Shown here: positions 1 to 7,969 of the stretch, in pieces
Layout: the number at the start of each line of letters is the position of its first letter
Numbering within the stretch: position 1 is the stretch's first letter
Source: Candidatus Micrarchaeum sp.
Lineage (GTDB): Archaea; Micrarchaeota; Micrarchaeia; Micrarchaeales; Micrarchaeaceae
Reading direction: 5' to 3'
Assembly: GCF_016806735.1 (NCBI RefSeq)
Contig: NZ_CP060530.1
Location: 420,001 to 452,000, forward strand
DNA: 32,000 nt
Translations under genes and position numbers: made by a program
Notes under the pieces: model-generated
What the model was told of the DNA's origin: nothing
The model's database searches: none
What the model saw: only the letters and a program-made list of their open reading frames with translations

Positions 1-426
1 CGTAAACCCGTCGGTCAACGCTTCGGCTTCAAATTCGCTTACTGCTTTTTTGAAGCTGTTATTGTAATAAGCGGTGCTGTTGAAAATAGTGCCGTTGTAC
101 AAAAGGCCATAAAGGACATCGCTTGAATTGGTTATAAAGTTGCCCATCCTTGTTGCAGGATCGCTTTCGAAAGCTATCATTATGCCTATAGATTTGGACA
201 TGCTTGAGTATAAGAATGCGTTCATTCCCGAATCTAAGTTCTGGGCAAAGTTCCCGGAAGCAAGGCTCTGTGCGACGCTGGAAGAAAGGTTGTCGTAGTT
301 TATGTTCAGTACCACATAGGTTATAACCTCTCCGAGCATTAGTATGAATATGACTAGAGTGAGCAGCGTAAGCAATATGCCTCTCTTGCTTTTTGGCTTT
401 CTCGGTATTTTTTTCTTCAGCGCCAT
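1..426 (-). CDS. Pilin-like (class III signal peptide-like) protein, 3' end cut by the window edge; 4th gene of the pilin-like/LamG operon
   Basis: Not in the ORF track because it runs off the window. My translation of the minus strand from ATG 426-424 gives MALKKKIPRKPKSKRGILLTLLTLVIFILMLGEVITYVVLNINYDNLSS..., open to position 1 (142 codons). GGTGAT SD-like motif lies directly upstream (complement of 427-436). It overlaps the stop of the upstream ORF (417-419) by 10 nt. Confidence 0.6.
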   Translation of the reverse strand, partial: MALKKKIPRKPKSKRGILLTLLTLVIFILMLGEVITYVVLNINYDNLSSSVAQSLASGNFAQNLDSGMNAFLYSSMSKSIGIMIAFESDPATRMGNFITNSSDVLYGLLYNGTIFNSTAYYNNSFKKAVSEFEAEALTDGFT

Positions 427-2276
427 ATCACCACACTCAGGTTATCTGTCTGCAATTCATTTCCTCTCCTAAGCGAAATCGGTATAGAAGACTTGCTTAC
501 GGAGTAAGCATTCACAAGGCTAGGCGGTGTGAATGGTATCGATACATAAGAAATATCATATGGTATCGCAGCGTCGCCGTTCCCGCTGTAGTCGTTGGTA
601 TTCCCATCAAGCGGCCACCATCCGACAAGATTGGAGTTTCCAAGTGCCATGCCGCTTATGCCCTGCAAATACAAATCGTAATACTCATTCGGGGCCAAGG
701 TCTTATTATAAATTTCAAGGTTTGTTATAGATCCGTTAAAAGTGCCTGTAATGCTGCCTGGATTTCCGGTAGCTCCTATTATTGTGTTTCCGCTCTCTGC
801 TATTACATTGCCAGTGGCATAAACGTTTTTCAAAACCCCTCCGTCATAGCTTATGTTGGCTATGGAAGCATTTCTTGTGAATCCTATCTGCGACCATGCT
901 CTCGCCTGCACTACCTCTGTGCTGCAATTCCATGTGCTTCCCAAGCTAGTCCCCTGAAGCTGTATACAAATGCTTCCAGATCCATTTATTCCAAGTGCAT
1001 AGCTTCCCTGTTTGTCAACTACTATGCATGTTGGTGTGGTTGCACCGCACGTACCTAATCCTTCGGGGTATATCCATGTAGATACTGTCATGTTCGGATT
1101 TCCTACGTCTAGAAGGCTGTTGTTGTATACCAAGCCGTAGCTTCCAGCTGTTGTATTGAAGAACGAAACGCTTTCGGAGCCGGAATAATTGCCATTTATA
1201 TATATGCCTGCCCTTGGCTGTCCCAATACAGAATCGTTCAGGAGAAACTCTGCATACATGCTGTCGTTGTTGAGGTACAGCTCTCCCAATGTTTCCGCTA
1301 TGCTTTCGTTTATGCTGGCGTTGTAATCTCCTATTGGGAGGTAATCCGTAACCACATAGTTCACGTTGTGCGGTATGCCATCATTTCCATTGCCGCTGTA
1401 ATCGTTGGAATTCTTGTCGAGCGGCCACCAACCTATAAGTTTCGAATTTCCTATGGGCACGCTGTTTATCGCACTCTTGTAAAGTTGGTATATCTTGCTC
1501 GGTGTCAGGGAAGAATTGTAGAGCTGCACGTTGGCTATGTAGCCTGTGAAATTGTATTCACCAAGATTACTGCTCCCTACTCCTCCCCCTGTCCCTAGCG
1601 CAGTACCAATTAGCAGATCTTTCAATACTGCAGTACTGGAGCTTGAAACATAATATGGCGTTTCTATTCCGTTTATAAAAATTGCAATAGCAGAAGAATT
1701 TCCGCGTATTGACACATAGGTCCATTTGCCTACCGGTACCGAGCCACTTCCAGATACTGGGCAATTCGTATACCATCCGTTTACGTATATTCCCGTACCG
1801 TTGTATCCGACTTCGACCGAATGCGTTGTGTTACCCAAATAAACTACGACGCTTGCGTTATTCCCATCCCCTGTCCCGCATCCGCTCACTGGCCTGCCCT
1901 CTTTTGTAGGTTTTATCCAAAAAGACAAGGTAAAACTGTTTTCTCTGACAGGATTAGTCGGTGCCGATATATAGCTTCCGTTGGCCAAGAAGCCCGAATA
2001 GCCAAACGGCTCGCTGCTGCTTGGGAGCTTGTAAGCCTGCAATGGCGGAAGAGCTACTCCGCTCTGCAATATTCCGGAAAGCTGTGTAGAGAGGATGTTG
2101 TGCATTACACTGAGCGCTTCTATCGTCGGCGCTGCTGCAGGGGTTATCGGGCTTGTGAAATGCACATACAAGAGCAGTGAAACCGCAGCGCTAGCTACTA
2201 TGAGGGAGAATACTGCGTCTAATGTGAATATGAACGCCTTGTAATTTTTGCTCTTTTCTTTCCTTTGCATGGTCAT
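417..2276 (-). CDS. Pilin-like N-terminus fused to multiple LamG (concanavalin A-like) domains; probable surface/adhesin protein
   Basis: ORF track gives 417..2306, but 2306 is a TTG. I prefer ATG 2276-2274, which overlaps the upstream stop TGA (2278-2276) as TGATG. N-terminus MTMQRKEKSKNYKAFIFTLDAVFSLIVASAAVSLLLY is a basic stretch plus hydrophobic helix. Repeated module borders GWWPLDKNSNDYSGNGNDG / GWWPLDGNTNDYSGNGDAA and VQLYNSSLTPSKIYQLY / LEIYNKTLAPNEYYDLY are typical of Laminin_G_3 domains. Many N-x-S/T sequons. Confidence 0.75.
   Translation of the reverse strand: MTMQRKEKSKNYKAFIFTLDAVFSLIVASAAVSLLLYVHFTSPITPAAAPTIEALSVMHNILSTQLSGILQSGVALPPLQAYKLPSSSEPFGYSGFLANGSYISAPTNPVRENSFTLSFWIKPTKEGRPVSGCGTGDGNNASVVVYLGNTTHSVEVGYNGTGIYVNGWYTNCPVSGSGSVPVGKWTYVSIRGNSSAIAIFINGIETPYYVSSSSTAVLKDLLIGTALGTGGGVGSSNLGEYNFTGYIANVQLYNSSLTPSKIYQLYKSAINSVPIGNSKLIGWWPLDKNSNDYSGNGNDGIPHNVNYVVTDYLPIGDYNASINESIAETLGELYLNNDSMYAEFLLNDSVLGQPRAGIYINGNYSGSESVSFFNTTAGSYGLVYNNSLLDVGNPNMTVSTWIYPEGLGTCGATTPTCIVVDKQGSYALGINGSGSICIQLQGTSLGSTWNCSTEVVQARAWSQIGFTRNASIANISYDGGVLKNVYATGNVIAESGNTIIGATGNPGSITGTFNGSITNLEIYNKTLAPNEYYDLYLQGISGMALGNSNLVGWWPLDGNTNDYSGNGDAAIPYDISYVSIPFTPPSLVNAYSVSKSSIPISLRRGNELQTDNLSVVIWR
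577..623 (-). repeat. DNA-level repeat copy A, encoding the W-P-L-D-G-N-T-N-D-Y-S-G-N-G LamG module border
   Basis: ccgttcccgctgtagtcgttggtattcccatcaagcggccaccatcc. By manual alignment it is 42/47 identical to 4523-4569 and 38/47 identical to 1386-1432. Confidence 0.7.
1386..1432 (-). repeat. DNA-level repeat copy B of the LamG module border
   Basis: ccattgccgctgtaatcgttggaattcttgtcgagcggccaccaacc; 38/47 identical to copy A by manual alignment. Confidence 0.6.
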
Positions 2277-2845
2277 CAGCTTATTGCTATGGGTTCGTTT
2301 GTCCAAACTATTACCTTCATCAGGACTGGCTCTGTTCCCATGACTGCCCTCGTTTTGTATACATATGAAGTTAGCGCATTGTGCGTTGCAGGATTTTCTC
2401 CTATGGTAATGTTCATATCCCTGCCCGATATGATTATGTAATAATCGTATCCTATTCCCATGACTGGCTTCGTAGCTTCGTAATCCGAAGTGTTGTAATT
2501 GGCCATTGCCATAAGCGCATATATCTTTTGCGCAGATATTTCGCTGCTGTTCGATGACGAGGTTAAGCCTACGCTAAAGTCCTTCCACGTAGAAGAGTTT
2601 GACGTATTTATCAACGCGCTCCAATCTGAAGGCGTGCCAGGCGTAAGCAGCCTTTCAGTAAGGACCTGCGTTTCGAACTGCATCGTCTCCGCGCCACTCC
2701 CATAGCTAAGTGCGAGCTGGTTGTCTATATTGTACCAAGTGTAAGCCAGTATGGTCATCGCCACGGTGAATATCACGATTGCGAATATTATATCAAAGCT
2801 CCAAAATTGGGCTCTGTAATTTTTTGACTTTAAATTCCTATACAA
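2276..2845 (-). CDS. Small pilin-like protein (class III signal peptide-like N-terminus)
   Basis: ORF track, 189 aa. TTG start (complement of caa 2843-2845), 5 nt after the stop of the 929-aa ORF. N-terminus MYRNLKSKNYRAQFWSFDIIFAIVIFTVAMTILAYTW is basic plus a hydrophobic helix. No other domain recognised. Confidence 0.65.
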   Translation of the reverse strand: MYRNLKSKNYRAQFWSFDIIFAIVIFTVAMTILAYTWYNIDNQLALSYGSGAETMQFETQVLTERLLTPGTPSDWSALINTSNSSTWKDFSVGLTSSSNSSEISAQKIYALMAMANYNTSDYEATKPVMGIGYDYYIIISGRDMNITIGENPATHNALTSYVYKTRAVMGTEPVLMKVIVWTNEPIAIS

Positions 2846-2850
2846 CTAAA

Positions 2851-5640
2851 TCATCCTGCTGAAATGTTAAAGCTCTTCTCTACCGGATTGCCGGCAACGT
2901 AAAGCTGCTCTATCTCATACGGTGTGAGGCTCACATTATATATCTGAAGGTTCGTAACCGAACCGTTGAAAAACTCCGTGCCGGTGTTTCCGTCTAGTGC
3001 ATCTCCAATATATCCTGTTTCGGTATAATTGCTAAGGTAATCTCCGCTAGGTACTGTCGCATTTGAGTAATATTTTCCATCCAAATAGAAATCCACTTTT
3101 TCCGTAGTTGAATTGTAGGTTCCAGTTACCATATAAAGCGTATCTGGCATTATTGTTGCTCCTGCGGGTGACACTCCGCTTCCGCTCGTTGGGCATCCTG
3201 GCGGATTGTTAGCATTTGATGTATACCATGCAATGAAGTTTATGTTCGATGGAGGAGACATCATAAATCCCATGGTACAACCGCCCCATCCTACTGGGTA
3301 TTGATTTTGGCTGAAGTATTGCGAGCCTCCTCTGTATTCAAGCCATGCGTTTATGGAATATGGATGATGGCCATTGAGCGTTTCCATTGGTGGTATGGAT
3401 ATTCTACTTGCAGAGCTCGTGCCGTTGAAGCTTGCTATCGGGATGCTGCTGGTGCTAGTAGCACTTACCGAGCGCTGATTAGTATACGTTATAGCATTTG
3501 ACGATACTGGATAATTGTTTGCTGAGTAATCGCTGGGATTGCCGCTCAGCGGGAACCACCCTATGAGCCCAACATTGCTTAACGGAGCCCCATTTATCCC
3601 GTTTTTGTATATCTGCGTTATGTAGCTCTGTTGCAGGGATGTATTGTATATCTGTACATTGCTTATCTTTCCGCTAAAGGCGTACATTCCCGGATACGCT
3701 GCGCCTATATTTATCTTTCCTATTGCCTCTGCGTATGTCCCATTTCCTGGGCTTGTAGCAACTGCCATTCCGTTTATGTATACTGTTATAGTGTTGTTGG
3801 CTCCGTTCCAAACTCCGGTTACCAGATAAGGTGTATTTGCTGTCAGTACACCTCCGCTTGGTTGCGGAGCCCCGCTGATGCTGCTTCCTTCGTTGTTCCA
3901 TCTTGCAACTGCGGCTCCATTTGCCCCGGTTATTCCTATATCGAATGTCTCATGAGTATATGGCCCTCCGGAAACCTCTGCTATGTTCTGCCAATAAGTT
4001 CCGGTTCCTGTGTTATTTATCCATGCAGATATTGTAATGCCTCTTGCATAAGTCTCCGCGGTTGTTGCGTTATCATAGCTGTTGCTCCCGTCAAAGTTTC
4101 CAACCATAAATGCAGTAGATACCAGTTGAAGTGGCTGCCAGTTAGAATTTGTGAAATCTCCCGAATTAAAATAGCCGCTGAAATCGAAGACGCTGCTTCC
4201 ATATCCCTCTTCCAGTGGCCACCACCCTCTAAGGTTAGCAGCAGTTGAAGAGTTGCCGTTGAAAAGGAAAGCCTGTCCAGATATGGAAGTTATTGGAGAA
4301 TTTGATGCCATGAAAAGCGTGGCATTGCCATTCGAATGCGTTATCCCTGCAACATAATTGTCGTTAGGCTGCGTTATGTATTCTGGAGATATCGAATCAA
4401 CTCCTGTATTGGTATCAAAGCCCACCAGAACGTGCGAAGCGTTGTCTCCGTTGGAAAGCGTTGCATGAGCCTCAACTTCTGCAATATTAACATACTTTAT
4501 ATTATAGGGTATTCCGTTGTTTCCGTTCCCGCTGTAGTCATTGGTATTACCGTCAAGCGGATACCATCCTACTACGTTTGCGCTGTCAACAGGGTTTCCG
4601 GCGATCCCCTCATTATAAATGGCGTTTATCTGGTTGGAAGATAATGCAGCATTATAAACTTGCACATTGGTGATAATAACATTGCCTATTGGCTGTGAAC
4701 TTTGGCTGCCTATTACAAAATTTCCTGTTGTGGCTTGGGAAGTACCTCCAGGTCCTCCGCCATAATATTTGCCATTTATATAAAGCGAAACGTCTCCGCT
4801 GCTGGCGTTATAAACTCCAGTCATAAGATAAAAGCTGCTTTTATTGTATGGGAAATTCATCTCTTGATTGCCTCCCCTCACCATCTCTATGGAGCCTCCT
4901 CCATTGCATATATCTCTTATAACCCCGTTTGGATATCCGCCGAAACCTATTACGTGGTAGCTCCAATAGCACGCAGGAGCAGGTTCCTCCTGGCTTTGTA
5001 TGTTTACCCAGGCGGATATAGTAAAGCTGTTAACATCAGGCACAAATGTGATGGTGTTTGACGATGGTACAAATACATAGCTTCCCGGGGCACTGCCGTT
5101 AAGTTCTACTCCTTTTGTAACTCCTTTGTTCTTTACGTATAGCGAATCAGGAAGGAAAGAGGTGCTGGGGGGCAGTTCGTCTATGTATATTTTTCCGTTA
5201 GCGTTCGTTATTTCTATGCTTCCGGTATAGGTAGACACGTTGTAAAGCGAAATCCCTCCGGAGCTTACGACTTTTGTTCCGTTTATTATGAGGTTCCTGG
5301 CTGAGCTGTAAGCTATAGCCTCAGCCTTGGTTATGCCTATGGTTATGTTTGCCTCAACGACTCCGCTTGTTGATATGAAAAGCCTGTAAGGATTCTCGCT
5401 GGTCACTGGAGGTATCGAAACTATTGCAGAATATCCATTGCCGGCAATTATTGCCTGATCCATGTGTATGGCTATATTCTGCGCCGCCAGCTGCAGCGAT
5501 TGGTATTCATCATTTCCCAAAGATGCAGCGCGCTGATTGACAACTAGAGCGAATATGATAACGAATATCAGAAGCACCAAAGAGTATACTATTAAGAATT
5601 CAAGGGCAATCTGCCCCTTCTTCCTGCCATTAAGCGCCAT
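2851..5640 (-). CDS. Giant type IV pilin-like protein with at least three LamG (concanavalin A-like) domains
   Basis: ORF track, 929 aa. N-terminus is MALNGRKKGQIALEFLIVYSLVLLIFVIIFALVV, with a KG|Q cleavage-like site, Glu at +5 and a hydrophobic helix. LamG borders: GWYPLDGNTNDYSGNGNNG, GWWPLEEGYGSSVFDFSG, GWFPLSGNPSDYS. Domain ends: VQVYNAALSSNQINAIY, VQIYNTSLQQSYITQIY, LQIYNVSLTPYEIEQLY. A TATA-like aataaataaata (5661-5672) is centred about 27 nt upstream of the ATG, suggesting a leaderless first gene. Confidence 0.8.
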   Translation of the reverse strand: MALNGRKKGQIALEFLIVYSLVLLIFVIIFALVVNQRAASLGNDEYQSLQLAAQNIAIHMDQAIIAGNGYSAIVSIPPVTSENPYRLFISTSGVVEANITIGITKAEAIAYSSARNLIINGTKVVSSGGISLYNVSTYTGSIEITNANGKIYIDELPPSTSFLPDSLYVKNKGVTKGVELNGSAPGSYVFVPSSNTITFVPDVNSFTISAWVNIQSQEEPAPACYWSYHVIGFGGYPNGVIRDICNGGGSIEMVRGGNQEMNFPYNKSSFYLMTGVYNASSGDVSLYINGKYYGGGPGGTSQATTGNFVIGSQSSQPIGNVIITNVQVYNAALSSNQINAIYNEGIAGNPVDSANVVGWYPLDGNTNDYSGNGNNGIPYNIKYVNIAEVEAHATLSNGDNASHVLVGFDTNTGVDSISPEYITQPNDNYVAGITHSNGNATLFMASNSPITSISGQAFLFNGNSSTAANLRGWWPLEEGYGSSVFDFSGYFNSGDFTNSNWQPLQLVSTAFMVGNFDGSNSYDNATTAETYARGITISAWINNTGTGTYWQNIAEVSGGPYTHETFDIGITGANGAAVARWNNEGSSISGAPQPSGGVLTANTPYLVTGVWNGANNTITVYINGMAVATSPGNGTYAEAIGKINIGAAYPGMYAFSGKISNVQIYNTSLQQSYITQIYKNGINGAPLSNVGLIGWFPLSGNPSDYSANNYPVSSNAITYTNQRSVSATSTSSIPIASFNGTSSASRISIPPMETLNGHHPYSINAWLEYRGGSQYFSQNQYPVGWGGCTMGFMMSPPSNINFIAWYTSNANNPPGCPTSGSGVSPAGATIMPDTLYMVTGTYNSTTEKVDFYLDGKYYSNATVPSGDYLSNYTETGYIGDALDGNTGTEFFNGSVTNLQIYNVSLTPYEIEQLYVAGNPVEKSFNISAG
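4523..4569 (-). repeat. DNA-level repeat copy C of the LamG module border
   Basis: ccgttcccgctgtagtcattggtattaccgtcaagcggataccatcc; 42/47 identical to copy A (577-623), which lies in a different gene. Confidence 0.7.
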
Positions 5641-5691
5641 ATACTGATTATTGAGATAGCAATAAATAAATACATGATTTAAGCAGGTAAA

Positions 5692-6270
5692 TCAGGAGAA
5701 AAGCAGCGCCATGGAAACAAGCGCGAAAAGTATGCCCTCGTTCATGAAAAGCACAGTGCTGATGAACGCTTGGGAGTTGAGGTATGCGCTGCCGGAGTAG
5801 AAAGCCAGGGAATACAATCCAAGGAATCCAAAAAGAGCCGAGACTATATAGAGATACGACAGAGGCTCCCTCTTTAACATTCCTATGTTGCTTTGGCTTA
5901 CCTTTATTGCATAAGCCATTAGAGGCGCTATTATTATGGCAAGGCATGCAAAAGTAGCAAGCTGCGGGTTTATGTAAAGCGCAGCCACGTTTTGGAACGA
6001 CAGGTTAGGCACCATGACTATTATTTCTGCAAAAGCAGCTGCAGCTATGGCATGCTTGTAAATTGCATGGCTCCTCGGATTCCTCATCCTAGCAGTCCTG
6101 TCCCTAGCGCTTTCATAATAAGCCAAAAGCCCGGCGCATCCCAATATTATGAGCAAGCCCACGGCAATGCTGTATATGGTATAATAATAAACCGCATTAA
6201 ATGCGTTGAAGATGAATGCGATTGCCAGTAAAAAAATCGCATAAGCCTCAATCGGCATTCTCCCTGCCAT
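5692..6270 (-). CDS. Polytopic integral membrane protein, function unknown
   Basis: ORF track gives 5692..6291 (TTG). The first ATG at 6270 gives MAGRMPIEAYAIFLLAIAFIF.... About 5-6 hydrophobic helices. It has a single Asp in the whole protein, so it is not an A24/FlaK-type prepilin peptidase. Confidence 0.6.
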   Translation of the reverse strand: MAGRMPIEAYAIFLLAIAFIFNAFNAVYYYTIYSIAVGLLIILGCAGLLAYYESARDRTARMRNPRSHAIYKHAIAAAAFAEIIVMVPNLSFQNVAALYINPQLATFACLAIIIAPLMAYAIKVSQSNIGMLKREPLSYLYIVSALFGFLGLYSLAFYSGSAYLNSQAFISTVLFMNEGILFALVSMALLFS

Positions 6271-6310
6271 AATGATACTTCTTGCATGCAAAACTAGTTA
6301 TTGCTTGCCA

Positions 6311-6337
6311 AAGAAAAAAAGAAAAAAGGAAAGAAGC
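6311..6337 (-). terminator. Oligo-T tract (minus strand) downstream of hsp20; possible archaeal intrinsic terminator
   Basis: The plus strand reads aaagaaaaaaagaaaaaaggaaagaag, so the minus strand carries T-runs starting 8 nt after the hsp20 stop (6345-6347). Confidence 0.35.
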
Positions 6338-6344
6338 GAACCTC

Positions 6345-6812
6345 TCACTCTATGCTTACTTCGTTCCCTTTAGTCTCTTCAGACTTTTCGACGTCGATTT
6401 TGAGCGTGCCGTTTTCCATCTTCGCCTTGGCGCTCTTCGGTTTTATCTTCTCCGGCAGCGGTATGCTCCTGTAGTATCCCATCGAGGCCCTCTCCTTGGA
6501 ATAATAGCCGCCCCTATGCTCCTCCTTTTCCTCGTTCTTTTCTGCTCTTACTTCTATGCTGTCTCCCAGTACCTTCAGCTTTATATTCTTCTTGTCGATC
6601 CCAGGCAGGTCTATCTTCACCGTATAGAAGTCCCCGTTGTCTATGACGTCTGCGTCAGGCGTTTTGTAGCTGGAAAAGTAATTGTTCAGCAGCTTGTACG
6701 GTATTTTCGTAGCGTAGTCGAAAAAGTCGTCCATCCTATCCAGTGCTTCGAAGGGCCTGTATACATCAAGCTTCTTTTCCTTTCCGTTTTTTGCCTTTTC
6801 ATCCTTCTTCAT
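6345..6812 (-). CDS. hsp20: Small heat shock protein, Hsp20/alpha-crystallin family
   Basis: ORF track, 155 aa. Alpha-crystallin core: PDADVIDNGDFYTVKIDLPGIDKKNIKLKVLGDSIEVRAEK...YYRSIPLPEKIKPKSAKAKMENGTLKIDV. AAGGTGAG SD lies 5 nt upstream of the ATG. Confidence 0.9.
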   Translation of the reverse strand: MKKDEKAKNGKEKKLDVYRPFEALDRMDDFFDYATKIPYKLLNNYFSSYKTPDADVIDNGDFYTVKIDLPGIDKKNIKLKVLGDSIEVRAEKNEEKEEHRGGYYSKERASMGYYRSIPLPEKIKPKSAKAKMENGTLKIDVEKSEETKGNEVSIE

Positions 6813-6825
6813 TATCTCACCTTTT

Positions 6826-6844
6826 TGTCAAGTTTTATTTGACA
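6826..6844. promoter_or_regulatory. Inverted repeat TGTCAA-N7-TTGACA in the hsp20 / regulator divergent promoter; candidate operator
   Basis: tgtcaa (6826-6831), gttttat, ttgaca (6839-6844): perfect 6-bp arms. It lies between the hsp20 TATA-like element (complement of 6851-6867) and the hsp20 SD, about where transcription should start. Confidence 0.3.
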
Positions 6845-6914
6845 TATCCAATTATATTATAATTAAACCGAAAATTATTTATATCTTTTGTTTCATAATC
6901 CTATCTGCGATTGC

Positions 6915-7370
6915 ATGCGGATAGTTATAAAGACTGTTGAAAGAGCTTCAAACAAGACCCCAACAGGGTTTGTTAAATGGCTGTGCGAGGTTCTGGATTT
7001 GGCAGAGGACAACGAAAGCTCCAAAGCGCTGGACCAGCAGATACTTGAAAAGCTCATAGTTGCGTCAAGGCTTAACACAGGCATAACAAGCTCCGAGATA
7101 GGCAAAAAGGAGGGCATTGCCAGGAGCACTGTAATATACCATCTAAACAGGCTAATAAACACCGGGCTTGTTACGAAAAAAGGTAGAAAGTATTACCTGC
7201 GTGCCATAGACGTGGCATCTACAATCAAGGAGATGGAATACGACATAGACAGGGAGTTTTCAAGAATACACGACGCTGCGCAGGAATTCGACCGCATGCT
7301 TATCGAGCAAATGCGCGAAATGCAATCAAAGAAAAAAATGCAAAAAGGTGAATCTAGGGATGGCAGATGA
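6915..7370 (+). CDS. Winged-helix (ArsR/MarR/TrmB-like) transcriptional regulator, first gene of the grpE-dnaK-dnaJ locus
   Basis: ORF track gives 6888..7370 (TTG). ATG at 6915 fits the TATA-like aaaattatttatatc at 6871-6885. HTH segment: ITSSEIGKKEGIARSTVIYHLNRLINTGLVTKKGRKYYL. Its stop (7368-7370) overlaps the grpE ATG (7360). Confidence 0.75.
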   Translation: MRIVIKTVERASNKTPTGFVKWLCEVLDLAEDNESSKALDQQILEKLIVASRLNTGITSSEIGKKEGIARSTVIYHLNRLINTGLVTKKGRKYYLRAIDVASTIKEMEYDIDREFSRIHDAAQEFDRMLIEQMREMQSKKKMQKGESRDGR

Positions 7371-7929
7371 AAAAAACAGCAATGGAAACGGCAAAATTCC
7401 CGAGAAGAATGGGGATCGTTCGCAAGGCAAAGAGCCGGAAGCTGCAATGAATAATGTAGTGTCAAAATCCGAATACGAAGAGCTCAAGGAAAGGGTGCTT
7501 CGCATGGCCGCCGAATTCGACAACTACAAAAAGCGCTCGGCAGCTGACGTAGCCAATGCGAAGAACGTCGGCAAGGCAGAAATGCTGAAGAGGATGCTTC
7601 CAGTTCTTGACGAATTTGAGCTGGCGATGATTTCCTCTGCAAAAAGCCAGGACGAAAACCTCTCAAAAGGCGTAAAAATGGTCTATGCAAACCTGATGGA
7701 TGCCCTCAAGGCGGAAGGCCTTAGCGAACTCGAGCCCAGCGGCAAATACGACCCATACACAGACGAGATAATAATGGCCAAGGAAACAGACAAGGACCCA
7801 GGTACTGTCCTCGAAGTGCTGAAGAAGGGCTATAAAATGAATGGCATACTGGTAAGGCCTGCTTCGGTAATAATATCAAAAGAGCCAAATGGGGCCCAAA
7901 AGGATACGGGAAACAAAGATGGAAAATGA
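7360..7929 (+). CDS. grpE: Nucleotide exchange factor GrpE
   Basis: ORF track gives 7348..7929 (GTG). The in-frame ATG at 7360 is preceded by AGGTGA (7345-7350). GrpE core: LRMAAEFDNYKKRSAADVANAKNVGKAEMLKRMLPVLDEFELA...GYKMNGILVRPASV. Confidence 0.92.
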   Translation: MADEKNSNGNGKIPEKNGDRSQGKEPEAAMNNVVSKSEYEELKERVLRMAAEFDNYKKRSAADVANAKNVGKAEMLKRMLPVLDEFELAMISSAKSQDENLSKGVKMVYANLMDALKAEGLSELEPSGKYDPYTDEIIMAKETDKDPGTVLEVLKKGYKMNGILVRPASVIISKEPNGAQKDTGNKDGK

Positions 7930-7969
7930 AAATTTGTCTTAAAAACAAAAAACGCTAAAAGGTGTAAAA

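Noticed and set aside
393-5061. Several plus-strand ORFs (393..1058, 1821..2180, 3631..4248, 4336..4644, 4702..5061) opposite the LamG/pilin-like genes
   Set aside because: They are shadow ORFs of long minus-strand genes that have clear domain repeats and coupled starts. Their translations are Cys/Tyr/Ile/Arg-rich with no motifs and no promoter or SD signals.
5692-6270. Possibility that the membrane protein upstream of the pilin-like operon is the prepilin peptidase (PibD/FlaK)
   Set aside because: A24-family peptidases need two conserved Asp residues, one in a GxGD-like motif. This protein contains a single Asp (in ARDRT, a loop) and no such motif.
6282-6842. 186-aa plus-strand ORF covering the hsp20 region
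   Set aside because: It is antisense to a textbook alpha-crystallin gene that has its own SD and TATA. Its translation is low-complexity (Leu/Phe/Val/Arg-rich).
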